A stretch of 64,000 bases of DNA from a virus. Position 1 is the first letter of the stretch. Every line of letters begins with the position of its first letter. This document shows, one piece after another, positions 1 through 10,120 of this stretch. Under the pieces are notes generated by a model. The model saw nothing but the letters and a program-made list of their open reading frames with translations. It was not told the origin of the DNA and did not search any database. The stretch is taken from positions 7,068-71,067 of IMG/VR virus record IMGVR_UViG_3300044568_002742; one strand, given 5' to 3'. The position numbers and the translations under genes are program-made.

Positions 1-339
1 ATGAGAGTGCGGCGGAGTGTCCGTTTGCCAGACTGGCAACCCCGATAGAGTACATTATACTCTTTAGTGCGGCGCTTGTCACTATCGCGATTGGGTTGAT
101 GTTTGTAATATGAAGATCCTGGGAAACATTCTACTCATGATAGCAGCTGCTGCCATATCTACGATCACCATTGTGGTGATGGCCCAAGAGTTACTGCGCA
201 CATTGTGATCAATTGGGTGCTGCTATGGTGTATCGAGGCTGTATTAATCTGCGGTTATGTGGGATTGATTATAGCCTGGAAGAAAAAGTTTGACAAGTAG
301 ACCTTGCTAGCTGTATAATACACATAACTTAACTGGGAG

Positions 340-558
340 ATGAATATGAATAAGCTTAAAGAGTGTCCACATTGCAGTGGTGAAGATCATGAATATCTAG
401 AATATGAATTCGATCGTGAGACCAATACTTTGCTGCAGATAGTTGAGTGTTGTGATTGTGGGACCCAATGGAATGAAGTATACAACACTCAATACAGTGG
501 CATCGATGATGTCAATGTACCACTTGGGCCCTTTGATTTAGATGAAGATATTGATTGA
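340..558 (+). CDS. Small zinc-ribbon protein (CPHC...CCDC)
   Basis: Two CxxC pairs; promoter 290-319 and GGAG RBS; similar to 17598-17789. Confidence 0.7.
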   Translation: MNMNKLKECPHCSGEDHEYLEYEFDRETNTLLQIVECCDCGTQWNEVYNTQYSGIDDVNVPLGPFDLDEDID

Positions 559-598
559 CATCCTGGCATTGCTAGCTGTATAATACACGTAACTTAAC

Positions 599-841
599 TT
601 GGAGTACAAAATGAAGATAACAGATAAACGAACTATTTTGGTGAGAAGTGCCGGTGTAAGTTTCCACACTACTGCCGGTGCCATTCGTGAAGGTGTTGGC
701 AATTATAGCAGCTTCAATGCTGCTTGTACATTGGCCCTAGGAGAGATGGAAAATTTCACCGATGAGGGGTCCAGGGATACCAGGGGAGTTATGGGGACCT
801 GGCGGGGTGTTACTCTTCAATTGGACATGCTAGCTGTATGA
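599..841 (+). CDS. Hypothetical protein (likely start 611)
   Basis: Promoter 555-584, GGAG RBS. Confidence 0.65.
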   Translation: MEYKMKITDKRTILVRSAGVSFHTTAGAIREGVGNYSSFNAACTLALGEMENFTDEGSRDTRGVMGTWRGVTLQLDMLAV

Positions 842-1024
842 ATGATAATAATTATAACTTAGAATTATCCCCTGAACGGCATTATAAGTTAATTCAGGTA
901 TTGACCGCGTATACTGATGTATTGAATGTAGGGGAATGTACCGACCAGGATATGGACCAATTAAGAGAAGTATTGATTGATAGTTGGAAAAATAGATTTG
1001 ACATGATGGATTGCTAGCTGTATA

Positions 1025-1354
1025 ATGGGAATGAAGTTATTTGTATATGGGACTTTGAAGAAAGGTTTCCCCAATCATTCTGTATTAGGCAACGCGTTAT
1101 TTGTTGGTTATCATACTACTAAACCAAACTATACGATGTATGATATGGGAGCATATCCAAGTATAACAATGACAGGTAATACCGCGATTATTGGCGAGGT
1201 ATATGAACTAGAAAGTTTAGATTACTGTGATCAATTAGAGGGTTATCCTATGTTTTATGATAGAACCGAGATAGAAACAGAATATGGATTAGCTTGGGTA
1301 TATCATTATTTTCCTAATAGCAAAAAAGTAATTGAAACTGGTATATGGAAATAG
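1025..1354 (+). CDS. Gamma-glutamylcyclotransferase (AIG2/GGACT family)
   Basis: LFVYGTLKKG motif, GEVY, D.LEGYP..Y.R, AWVY. Confidence 0.85.
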   Translation: MGMKLFVYGTLKKGFPNHSVLGNALFVGYHTTKPNYTMYDMGAYPSITMTGNTAIIGEVYELESLDYCDQLEGYPMFYDRTEIETEYGLAWVYHYFPNSKKVIETGIWK

Positions 1355-1413
1355 TTTGACAGCCTGAATTAATATGTTATAATAACCATTCATTAATCAA
1401 CTTGGAGCATGAC

Positions 1414-1761
1414 ATGGCATATATGAATCAAGAACGTAAGAAAGCAATCGCGCCGGCAGTAGCTGCGGTATTGAAGAAGCATGGTGTGAAGGGCAGCTTA
1501 GCGGTCCGGCACCATTCCACCTTAGTGTTGAATTTACGTTCTGGTAAGATTGATTTCGATACTAGCTACGGCCGTAGTGTGAATAATTATTGGTATAAAG
1601 AGCACTATACCGGACCGGCGTTATCCTTCTTGAATGAAGTCATGCCATTATTGAATACTGGTAACCATGACCGATCGGATATTCAATCTGATTACTTTGA
1701 TGTTGGTTGGTATGTTGATATCAATATTGGTCAATGGGATAAACCTTATATCTTGGAATAA
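1414..1761 (+). CDS. Hypothetical phage protein
   Basis: GGAGCA at 1404 fixes the start at 1414; C-terminal DYFDVGWYVDINIG. Confidence 0.75.
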   Translation: MAYMNQERKKAIAPAVAAVLKKHGVKGSLAVRHHSTLVLNLRSGKIDFDTSYGRSVNNYWYKEHYTGPALSFLNEVMPLLNTGNHDRSDIQSDYFDVGWYVDINIGQWDKPYILE

Positions 1762-1819
1762 ACATTTGACAGTACTGGCTAGTAGTGGTATACTATCCAT
1801 TCATTCATCAGGGGGTTTT

Positions 1820-1951
1820 ATGTATATTGTACATTATTGGGCAAAATGTTCTATTGTGGGTGAATATCTCGATCATCAAAAATTTGATGATTATGAGATG
1901 GCGAGGAAGTTTGCTAGGAAGCATGGCGAACGGGTAATGAGAATATTATAA
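1820..1951 (+). CDS. Small hypothetical protein (MYIVHYW...)
   Basis: Promoter at 1766, AGGGGG RBS; 3' part of track ORF 1667-1951. Confidence 0.55.
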   Translation: MYIVHYWAKCSIVGEYLDHQKFDDYEMARKFARKHGERVMRIL

Positions 1952-1986
1952 CTTGACAACTGCCAAGGATGGCGGTATAATGTCAA

Positions 1987-2065
1987 GATGGAAAACACTT
2001 GCTAGGATGGCATGTTGGCAGTCAATGCATATCCAGTAATTTCAAAGGTAGGTTGGTTGTTATTT
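1987..2065 (+). ncRNA. Candidate small RNA, copy A of five-copy family
   Basis: Own promoter 1953-1981; TGC-TAGGATG-GCA hairpin; core TCCAGTAATTTCAAAGGTA 2032-2050. Confidence 0.55.
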
Positions 2066-2147
2066 GACATAAATGCGAAGCAAGTTGGTCTGGCCATATA
2101 TGTCTTCCCTTGGCGGGCTTCACTTCTAATCCTTAGATGATGTGTCT

Positions 2148-2175
2148 ATTATACAGCATAGTTTATTCATGTCAA
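2148..2175 (-). promoter_or_regulatory. Minus-strand sigma70 promoter convergent on ncRNA copy A
   Basis: Reverse complement reads TTGACA-16-TATAAT followed by the same ACACATCATC leader as plus-strand promoters. Confidence 0.7.
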
Positions 2176-2256
2176 TAGGTAGAATAAAATAAAATAAAGT
2201 TGACAAGATGTTTTGATGTGTTATACTATGTACAACTTAAACGAAGTGGAGCAAGA

Positions 2257-2460
2257 ATGATGGAAGATGATAGATTTACACCTTCAGATTATATGTCTAA
2301 TGCGGAGTATATGGCTGAAGCATTATTTCAGTATGCTAGTGTATATGGTGAAGAGCGTCAAGATGAGGAATGGATATCTTCCCCATATGATACTTGGGAG
2401 AAAAACCCGCATTATAGAGGATTGCCAGGACGTCATCCAGAAGAAGATTACGACGAATAA
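2257..2460 (+). CDS. Hypothetical acidic protein
   Basis: GGAGCA RBS, promoter at ~2200. Confidence 0.7.
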   Translation: MMEDDRFTPSDYMSNAEYMAEALFQYASVYGEERQDEEWISSPYDTWEKNPHYRGLPGRHPEEDYDE

Positions 2461-2519
2461 AAGATTGACAACAATGGCTAGTAGGTGATATACTAGCCAT
2501 TCACTCATTGGAGCATATC

Positions 2520-2774
2520 ATGGAATTAAAACAATTCAAACAAGAACTTAAAGCACTAGGTTTTAAGGTATCTATCAAGTCACAATCATATGGTCGTCAT
2601 GCAACATATATTCATAAAGGAATGGATGAAGCATTGACCTTTAATGTATTCACGCCAGAGCGTCTTAAACGATGGACACCATTACGGGAATGGCAAACTG
2701 CTAATCAAGTACGACTTGGGGTATTACGTCAAAGAGAACAAATTCATGGATTATGTAATCTAGTAATCAATTAA
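2520..2774 (+). CDS. Hypothetical protein
   Basis: GGAGCA RBS, promoter 2465. Confidence 0.7.
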   Translation: MELKQFKQELKALGFKVSIKSQSYGRHATYIHKGMDEALTFNVFTPERLKRWTPLREWQTANQVRLGVLRQREQIHGLCNLVIN

Positions 2775-2833
2775 TACTTGACAACTGGTTAGTATTACCC
2801 TATACTAGCCAGAACATTCATTAGGAGCAGAAT

Positions 2834-3211
2834 ATGAGAGATTACACTACCTTATTGGAAACCACACGTGACCAGTTTGACATCGTTGTAGATAAGGCAT
2901 ACGAGGATGGTATTCATCCAAGAGATTGTTTTGATGATAGCATTGATCCAGAAACCAATAAGCCATACTTTGACATTGATCAGATGTGTAGAGATATTGA
3001 TGATGGTGACTTGGATTGGTTTTTCTTACGCACACGAGTATTCTATAAAGGTGTAGAACTTGCCGAAGAATTCTTAGGTGGATGCATGTATAAAGATGCC
3101 ATTGATGTATTGACAGATGGTACAGCGGAGGATCAAATTGAGCAAGCATTATATTCAGCAAAAAATGAAGCAAAGATATTAAAAGATATGTTTGCTTCTT
3201 TGGAAGTTTAA
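2834..3211 (+). CDS. Hypothetical acidic protein
   Basis: AGGAGCA RBS, own promoter. Confidence 0.75.
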   Translation: MRDYTTLLETTRDQFDIVVDKAYEDGIHPRDCFDDSIDPETNKPYFDIDQMCRDIDDGDLDWFFLRTRVFYKGVELAEEFLGGCMYKDAIDVLTDGTAEDQIEQALYSAKNEAKILKDMFASLEV

Positions 3212-3245
3212 TGTTATACTAGCCATTCACTTTTAGGAGCAGAAC

Positions 3246-3434
3246 ATGAATGAGAACGAAGTCCTTAAACAATGTCAAGCATATGCATTAGGTTATCACG
3301 ATGGATTGACCTATGGCAATGAAGAAACCAGAGATACCATTGATGATCCTTACCGTCATTATTATAAGATTGGTTATGAACGTGGCGTGAGTGATTATTG
3401 TGACGAAGCACATCCCGAAGATACTTTCAACTAG
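3246..3434 (+). CDS. Hypothetical protein
   Basis: AGGAGCA RBS. Confidence 0.65.
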   Translation: MNENEVLKQCQAYALGYHDGLTYGNEETRDTIDDPYRHYYKIGYERGVSDYCDEAHPEDTFN

Positions 3435-3445
3435 GAGAAGACATT

Positions 3446-3961
3446 ATGCCAAATTGGTGCCAGAACTATGTAACCTTAACACATGAAGACCCAGCGATGA
3501 TTGAAAAAGCATTGGGGGCATTCAGGAAAGGTGATTTCTTCAAAGAACTTGTTCCCAGACCAGAAGAGGAAGAAGAGAATTGGTATTCTTGGAACATTGA
3601 TAATTGGGGTACCAAATGGGATGTTGGTGATGAAGATGGTGTAGGCGATGATATGGATGAGAATATGTTATCATTACATTTTGATAGTGCGTGGTCGCCA
3701 CCTATTGCCGGATATGAGAAGTTAGAAGAACTAGGTTTTACAGTTGAGGGTTATTACTGTGAGGAAGGAATTGGATTTTGCGGATTGTATGCTTGTGGTC
3801 TTGATGATTGCTATGATATAGAGGGCGATTCCAAATGGGTAGTTGAGAACATCCCAAAAGAGATCGACGAGATGTTTGCAATATCTGAGAATATGGATAT
3901 GTGGGAACAAGATCAAGCCGAAGAAGAACTTAGAAATAAATCAACTAACGAAGAACAATAA
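3446..3961 (+). CDS. DUF1281/YubB(Api92)-like protein
   Basis: MPNWCxN, WY.W...NWGTKWD, FDSAWSPP, E.G.GFCG motifs. Confidence 0.7.
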   Translation: MPNWCQNYVTLTHEDPAMIEKALGAFRKGDFFKELVPRPEEEEENWYSWNIDNWGTKWDVGDEDGVGDDMDENMLSLHFDSAWSPPIAGYEKLEELGFTVEGYYCEEGIGFCGLYACGLDDCYDIEGDSKWVVENIPKEIDEMFAISENMDMWEQDQAEEELRNKSTNEEQ

Positions 3962-4018
3962 GTTGACAAGTGGCTAGTATTACCCTATACTAGCCAGAAC
4001 ATTCACTTGGAGCATATC

Positions 4019-4279
4019 ATGAAAAACTTAAACACCTATATTGTACAACAAAACTTTTGGAGAGGTTATGCCAACTTACCATTGTTTGATATCAAGAACT
4101 TATCCGCCAGTGATGTAACTGAACTGGCTGATGCATTAAGTAGCAACTTATCACCAGAGAACTTACATTGTGATGGTGAGATCACCATTACCGAAGCACG
4201 CGCCAAGTATGCGTATTACCTTAAGGTAATCCGTGAATTGGAAAAAGTAGGACATCACTTCACTATTACTGATCTTTAA
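4019..4279 (+). CDS. Hypothetical phage protein
   Basis: GGAGCA RBS; LSPENLHCDGE motif. Confidence 0.7.
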   Translation: MKNLNTYIVQQNFWRGYANLPLFDIKNLSASDVTELADALSSNLSPENLHCDGEITITEARAKYAYYLKVIRELEKVGHHFTITDL

Positions 4280-4337
4280 TACTTGACAGATCTGGCTGGT
4301 ATGTTATACTAGCCAGAACATTCATTAGGAGCAGAAC

Positions 4338-4622
4338 ATGTACAAGAAAGAAATGTTAAAGTTATTAAAGGCTAATGTTGGCAAGGGTGTAAGTTTCTAC
4401 CTTGGTAGCACTTATATGTCCCCGTATAAGGACAACTGGTATATCCTACCATTCACCAATGATGATTTACTCAGGGTAGTTTCACTTGACAGCGATAAAA
4501 AAGCATGGGTTACTGATCCAGATACCGTTATTACTGATACGACATTCAAGCCAAAAAACATAATGACATTCTCTATTACTCATTTTAGAATTGATCAATT
4601 AGTTGGTGTAACTATTTTTTAA
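4338..4622 (+). CDS. Hypothetical protein
   Basis: AGGAGCA RBS, own promoter. Confidence 0.7.
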   Translation: MYKKEMLKLLKANVGKGVSFYLGSTYMSPYKDNWYILPFTNDDLLRVVSLDSDKKAWVTDPDTVITDTTFKPKNIMTFSITHFRIDQLVGVTIF

Positions 4623-4649
4623 TAACTAGCCAATTGGGGGCATCACATC

Positions 4650-4904
4650 ATGGCATTATGTAAAGTAGCAAAAGAACATTACAATCTCTTACAAGCAATG
4701 AAGTATCAATGGGAGAATCCGCCAGCGGGTTTTAATTCCCAATATGATGCCGTCAAGGCAGAGAAGCATAAACGAGTTGAGAAGTTAGTCAAGGCTGGTT
4801 TAGATGCTTATCATTCAACCTTGAAGCGAGTTGGTATGGACGAGTATTATGATTTGATGGATGCTCGTGAAAAAGAGTTGCGATTACTATATAGTGGGGT
4901 ATAA
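4650..4904 (+). CDS. Hypothetical protein
   Basis: GGGGGCA RBS; ORF track. Confidence 0.65.
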   Translation: MALCKVAKEHYNLLQAMKYQWENPPAGFNSQYDAVKAEKHKRVEKLVKAGLDAYHSTLKRVGMDEYYDLMDAREKELRLLYSGV

Positions 4905-4905
4905 T

Positions 4906-5067
4906 ATGTTAAAACGATATATGGTAGTGTTAGAATTACGGGTAGAGGATGAAGAAGCCATTGACTTTACTTGGTTGGAGGAAGTCATTGGTGAACATCT
5001 TACTGAGGGTGGTGGTGAACACGTTAAGGTATCATGGCACAAGCCATATATCGAAGAAATATGTTGA
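4906..5067 (+). CDS. Small hypothetical protein
   Basis: Starts just after the upstream stop; acidic composition like its neighbours. Confidence 0.55.
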   Translation: MLKRYMVVLELRVEDEEAIDFTWLEEVIGEHLTEGGGEHVKVSWHKPYIEEIC

Positions 5068-5122
5068 CATCATCTTTTAATCTGTTATAATAATCACAAC
5101 TTAAACGTAATTGGAGATCAAC

Positions 5123-5500
5123 ATGGGATATAGAAGCGAAGTAGCAATCAAGGTATATGGTAAGGAAGAAAACATGGTAGGCTTTAAGAAAGCCTATGAT
5201 GAGGCACTTGCCCAACTACCCGAGGTGGAACAAGGTTACATTGATGATTTGATGCGTGATAATGAGAGAAACGGGTTTGATGATAATGTTTTTACCTTTC
5301 ATGCCGATTATATAAAGTGGTATGTAGGCTATGACTATGTTGGTGTAAATTTCTTCATGGGCTTATTAGAACTTGTTGATGACTTGGGAGTTAATTCTGA
5401 GTTCGTGCGAATTGGTGAGGAGTATGATGACGTTGAAACAGACTATCGAGGTGATTGTGAATATATTCTTGGTGTAACTAGAATGATAGATGGAATTTAA
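5123..5500 (+). CDS. Hypothetical phage protein
   Basis: GGAG RBS; MGYRSEV...FVRIGEE.DD.E motif. Confidence 0.7.
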   Translation: MGYRSEVAIKVYGKEENMVGFKKAYDEALAQLPEVEQGYIDDLMRDNERNGFDDNVFTFHADYIKWYVGYDYVGVNFFMGLLELVDDLGVNSEFVRIGEEYDDVETDYRGDCEYILGVTRMIDGI

Positions 5501-5518
5501 ATATTATTAAGGAATGAC

Positions 5519-6286
5519 ATGCTATTTATTTTTAAAAAGAAGACAATCGTATTAGATTGTATAACATCAAACTTGGGTATATTTAACTATTACCCGATAG
5601 TTAAATCTAGCACAAATTTGCCTACTTGGTGGAAGAATTTACCTGAAAGTTTTGTATGTGGTAGAACACCAGAATTTGACAAATTAGATAGACATTCATC
5701 AACGATGAAAAAGTGTTCAGGGTTTATTGATTTGCATAAAAACAGTATTGTCATTCCATCAAATTGTGATGTAAAGATACAAACAACCGAGAGTGGAATA
5801 TTTGGATATCAATTTTCAGATTCAAGTGGAATGGAAAACTTTTCTATTGATTCGCATTCCCGTGAAGAATTTGGTAGTGAACTTGATCATCTTATACATT
5901 TAAAGATAATATCCCCGTGGTTATTATTTGAAAAAACAGGTATTAACTTTCATGTATGTATGCCATTTTGGCATCATATTAAAACATTAGATAAAGTCTT
6001 TATACCGCCCGGCATAGTCAATTATAAATATCAGCACACATCACATATCAATATGTTTGTGCCAAGAGCCGATGACCTAATTGAATTCACTGCTGGAACA
6101 CCGTTATTACACCTCATACCATTGACGGAACGTAAGGTAGAAGTCAAGAACCATATAGTTGATGATGCTGAGTTTTTAAAATTACACAAACATGCTGGAT
6201 TACGATCAAGATTTTTAAACTCATATATGTTACAAAAGAAAATTTTAAAAGCAAGCAATAAATGTCCTTTTAATTTTAAAAATTGA
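5519..6286 (+). CDS. Hypothetical phage protein (TMKKCxGF, GTPL, C-terminal CPF)
   Basis: 255-aa ORF; lacks the GGAGCA RBS and is more K/F/I-rich than its neighbours. Confidence 0.7.
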   Translation: MLFIFKKKTIVLDCITSNLGIFNYYPIVKSSTNLPTWWKNLPESFVCGRTPEFDKLDRHSSTMKKCSGFIDLHKNSIVIPSNCDVKIQTTESGIFGYQFSDSSGMENFSIDSHSREEFGSELDHLIHLKIISPWLLFEKTGINFHVCMPFWHHIKTLDKVFIPPGIVNYKYQHTSHINMFVPRADDLIEFTAGTPLLHLIPLTERKVEVKNHIVDDAEFLKLHKHAGLRSRFLNSYMLQKKILKASNKCPFNFKN

Positions 6287-6341
6287 TTGACAAGTGGTTG
6301 GTATTACCGTATACTAGCCATTCACTTTTAGGAGCAATGAT

Positions 6342-6539
6342 ATGACAAGTTACAATCACGGGTTTGATGTATGTTTCGATATAGAAACAAGCAAAGAAGT
6401 AGAACGGATTACCAATCGAGAATTAATAATAGCATTGGAATCCAGAATACGAAGATTACGAGCTGAGTTTATTGATGCCGATACCTTAGATAGTCCAGCG
6501 AGTGATTGCTTTGGTTATATGGATTCATATGAGGTATAA
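6342..6539 (+). CDS. Hypothetical protein
   Basis: AGGAGCA RBS, own promoter. Confidence 0.65.
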   Translation: MTSYNHGFDVCFDIETSKEVERITNRELIIALESRIRRLRAEFIDADTLDSPASDCFGYMDSYEV

Positions 6540-6686
6540 TGATGGCAACTTATAAGATTACCCAAATGGTTGAAGAATTGTATTATATCGAGGCTGATTC
6601 AGAAGATGATGCCCTTGAAATATTATACGCTGGTGTTGATGAACCTACTCAATATGGTTCAATGAATATAACTGATATAACTTTAT

Positions 6687-6965
6687 GTGGAGCAGATGAT
6701 GAATGATATAGAATTAGTTAAAAGAATGGCACAAGACGCTAGTGTAATTATATATGATGGGATTGGCTATCAGGTATGTAATTGTGATTTTGATGATAGC
6801 AATTTACTTGACGATGATGAAGAAATGGGCATGACTGTATTAGATGAAGAAACCCAAGATAGTATGTTCATCGCCTATAGTGAAGTTGATTTAGAACGTG
6901 ATATGTTTTATAAGTTAGTAGTGATGGACGAGAATGAGTATAAAGTAGTTGACACAGTAGAATAA
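6687..6965 (+). CDS. Hypothetical acidic protein (likely start 6696/6699)
   Basis: GGAGCA RBS. Confidence 0.65.
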   Translation: MEQMMNDIELVKRMAQDASVIIYDGIGYQVCNCDFDDSNLLDDDEEMGMTVLDEETQDSMFIAYSEVDLERDMFYKLVVMDENEYKVVDTVE

Positions 6966-7004
6966 TCCCAGTATAATAACCTGTAACTTAACTAGGAGCA
7001 GACA

Positions 7005-7307
7005 ATGAATGAACCAATAGGTGCAAATGTCAAAATCAAATGGTTGGATGAAACATTCCATCCAGAACATGAAGTTGAAACATATTGGGTACACTTCTCA
7101 TTCAGTGAAGAACCAGACTTCTCTGAATGTACTGGGGAGGAAGTAGACCAACATGGAGTTCATGACTGGGATATATTCTATTATGTCGCTAATGAGAAAG
7201 AATTAGAAGACCTGATGAATGATGATCCGTATGATGGTTATGTGATATTGGATTACAAATTAGTTTATAGCATTGAAGAAATGTTAATTAATAAAAGAAA
7301 TTCTTGA
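7005..7307 (+). CDS. Hypothetical acidic protein
   Basis: AGGAGCA RBS, own promoter. Confidence 0.7.
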   Translation: MNEPIGANVKIKWLDETFHPEHEVETYWVHFSFSEEPDFSECTGEEVDQHGVHDWDIFYYVANEKELEDLMNDDPYDGYVILDYKLVYSIEEMLINKRNS

Positions 7308-7358
7308 CAAATGTGTCTGGTATGTTATACTAGACACAACATCAACTAGGAGCAGAAC

Positions 7359-7589
7359 ATGAATACCGATATAGCAGATTTTGTAGATGTCCTTGCCAGT
7401 AATCTAGATTATAATGGCTCATTATCATTAGCCGAGCGGGATATGGCAGTAACCAAGTTATTACAACATTGGGCGAAACAGATTGATTATGATGACTTAT
7501 TAGATTATTATATATCTGGTCAAGAAAATTACTTGACAGAGCTACCAGATAGTGAGATAATAGAAACCGTAAAGGAAGAACTCCTTTAA
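7359..7589 (+). CDS. Hypothetical protein
   Basis: GGAGCA RBS, own promoter. Confidence 0.7.
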   Translation: MNTDIADFVDVLASNLDYNGSLSLAERDMAVTKLLQHWAKQIDYDDLLDYYISGQENYLTELPDSEIIETVKEELL

Positions 7590-7735
7590 CCGATTATTAC
7601 TGTAAGGGACGATGCCTAAGAGGATGACCGTATATTTTGGGGTGGGTCAGCATCAATGAACCCCATTAGGGCAAGTCGCATTTTTGAATGGACACACTAT
7701 ATTTTTTTGGGTGTAGCCTTGCCAATATTAAGATT

Positions 7736-7772
7736 AGGATATAATAGAAACTACTATTATATCCTTTTTTTT
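7736..7772 (+). terminator. Intrinsic terminator
   Basis: AGGATATAATAG-6nt-CTATTATATCCT followed by a T run. Confidence 0.8.
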
Positions 7773-7843
7773 GTTTAAAATAAAGTTTGACAAACCTATT
7801 CAATATGTTATACTAATCACAACTTAAACGAGGAGCAAATCAA

Positions 7844-8137
7844 ATGAATGAATTAACTTATACTATCATCAATGGTCAATGGGACAAAATTCAAATGTCA
7901 AGTGGTCGTGGATCGGTACTGACTACCTATGATAAACTGGTAGAATTATTTGGCGAACCTGAAATAACCAATTGCGGTAAGACTCAGGTAGAATGGGATA
8001 TTGAATGGAGTGATGGCACAATATCGACTATCTATGATTGGAAATGCTATGGTGAAGAACCAGAAGAAATAACCGAATGGAACATTGGTGGCTTTGATGG
8101 CAACTCATTATACTATGTTGAAGAACTGCTAAAATAA
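7844..8137 (+). CDS. Hypothetical phage protein
   Basis: AGGAGCA RBS; L...FGEP, K..VEW, TIYDWK, W.IGG motifs. Confidence 0.75.
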   Translation: MNELTYTIINGQWDKIQMSSGRGSVLTTYDKLVELFGEPEITNCGKTQVEWDIEWSDGTISTIYDWKCYGEEPEEITEWNIGGFDGNSLYYVEELLK

Positions 8138-8196
8138 ATTTGACAAATGTGTCTGGTATGTTATACTAGACTGACTTTAACAAAGGAGCAAATAAA

Positions 8197-8496
8197 ATGG
8201 CAATAGATTACCGAGTAACAGTATTCATCCCAGACGAAGTTCTACACCATTATTGGGAAGATGGATTAAAGACTGGATTGGAAATGCTATCATTTGAAGG
8301 CGACATAGAAGATGTTTATTGTGGTAACTGGGTAGTTGAGTTTGATGCGTACAATAAAGCCGTCAATGCGGAAATCGAACTGGAAGCATTAGTTGAACGA
8401 TATACGTTATCATATAAACGATTGACTTCCGCGAAGGAAATGACCATTGCGGAGATTGAAGAAAAGTTAGGACATCCAATCAAGATAGTAAAATAA
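8197..8496 (+). CDS. Hypothetical protein
   Basis: AGGAGCA RBS; C-terminal EMTIAEIEEKLGHPIKIVK. Confidence 0.7.
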   Translation: MAIDYRVTVFIPDEVLHHYWEDGLKTGLEMLSFEGDIEDVYCGNWVVEFDAYNKAVNAEIELEALVERYTLSYKRLTSAKEMTIAEIEEKLGHPIKIVK

Positions 8497-8555
8497 ATTT
8501 GACAAGTGGTTATTATTCCATTATAATAACCACAACATCAACCGAGGAGCAAATC

Positions 8556-8708
8556 ATGGAATTAACATATAGTACAACATTGTACTTTGAAGTACCAGAA
8601 GAATATACCCCAGATGAATATATAAGATTCTTGGAAAAATTCCCAAGAATGGATATGGTTAGTTTTGCAACTGATGTCGGTGATGGTGGATGGGGAGTAG
8701 AAGAATGA
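8556..8708 (+). CDS. Small hypothetical protein
   Basis: GAGGAGCA RBS, promoter 8499. Confidence 0.6.
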   Translation: MELTYSTTLYFEVPEEYTPDEYIRFLEKFPRMDMVSFATDVGDGGWGVEE

Positions 8709-8754
8709 ATACAATAGATTTAAAATTATCATTATCAACAAAGGAGCAAAGATC

Positions 8755-8949
8755 ATGAGTTGTTTTTTCGGTATCACTAAGGCGAAGAAAGAAGCATTCA
8801 TTAAAGCATATATGAACACAACCGCGCGGGTAAGTGAAGAAGAATTGCGGGAGTTCTTTTATGACCACAATACAGTAGCAGAAGCAGATCATATTATGGA
8901 CTGTTGGTTGCTATGGTGTGATGGATTTGAACATAACGGGGTGGTATAA
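8755..8949 (+). CDS. Hypothetical protein
   Basis: AGGAGCA RBS. Confidence 0.65.
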   Translation: MSCFFGITKAKKEAFIKAYMNTTARVSEEELREFFYDHNTVAEADHIMDCWLLWCDGFEHNGVV

Positions 8950-9499
8950 TGAAAAAGATTAATTTAGAGATGAGTTTAGAACAGTTCTTATCATTAAAGG
9001 CATTGCTCTTATATGTATTGGATAACGAGCAGGACAGTTATGATGAGTATGTAGAGGAATGTGGTGATATGGGTAACCATATCTACTCATATGCCTTATC
9101 GGTAGCAGAAGCCCTTAAATAAAATTGGAGTACAACATGATTGACTTAACCAAGCTGGAACATCTAGTAGAAGAAATCACCGATATGTCAGCCGACCAAC
9201 TTTGGGATTTGGCTAAGTTGTTAAACCGAGCCAGTCCTGTTAATGCCAATATATTAAAAGCAGACCTTGACTTTGTTGAATCAATGTAATATAATAATCA
9301 CACATTAACACATTGGAGCAAGCAAATGAACATATATGAAATAACATTATCCAATAGATTGAATGAAGATGAGTTTGTTCTTTCAATCGGTACTGCGGTA
9401 GATGAGGAAACAGCAATCAAAGAATGCTTAGAAACATTTACCTTTCATGATATCGAATCTATCAATATCATTCCAGAAGAATTCTACTAGGAGCAAGAC

Positions 9500-10120
9500 A
9501 TGGGATTAGATCAATATTTTTATGCCAGCAAGACCTTATCGGCATTCAAGAAGAAAGAGAAGCTATATATTGATTATTTCAATACTGTAGACGAACCAGA
9601 TATGGACACCGATGAGGGATTATTCGTATCTGAATTTTGGGGCAATGGTGCGGTAATCAGTAAAGGCTTAGACGGATTGCCTACCTTAGATGGACAAGTC
9701 GGTACTATACGGATGGTTAAACGTATGGGTGATACCTATCAGGTAAGCACAGAAGCAATGTATTGGAGAAAATCCAATCAAGTTCATAATTGGTTTGTAG
9801 AACATCCACAAGGTGGCATTGATGATTGCGGGTATCATCCAGTAGGTGTGAATCATTTGGTGGATTTGCAAGAACGCGTCACTCAGATATTAGATGGGTT
9901 GGTGATGCCAAGAGGTAATAAACCCAACTGGATGGCACCATCAGTTAATGAATCAACTGCGAGGAAGTTATTACCTGCCACAAGTGGTTTCTTCTTTGGC
10001 TCTACGGATTATAACGAATGGTATTTTTATGATTTACATGAAACCAAGAAGTTTTTACGAAAAGTATTGAAGCAGTCTACACGCAAGAATTGGTCGTTCA
10101 TGTATCACAGTTCTTGGTAG
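9500..10120 (+). CDS. Hypothetical phage protein
   Basis: MGLDQY, YWRKxNxxHNWF, LLP...GFFFGSTDY, Y.SSW motifs; AGGAGCA RBS. Confidence 0.8.
   Translation: MGLDQYFYASKTLSAFKKKEKLYIDYFNTVDEPDMDTDEGLFVSEFWGNGAVISKGLDGLPTLDGQVGTIRMVKRMGDTYQVSTEAMYWRKSNQVHNWFVEHPQGGIDDCGYHPVGVNHLVDLQERVTQILDGLVMPRGNKPNWMAPSVNESTARKLLPATSGFFFGSTDYNEWYFYDLHETKKFLRKVLKQSTRKNWSFMYHSSW

Noticed and set aside
2044-2051. AAAGGTAG is complementary to CUACCUUU in type III ToxI repeats as I recall them
   Set aside because: An 8-nt match in antisense orientation with no tandem pseudoknot repeats; compatible with chance.
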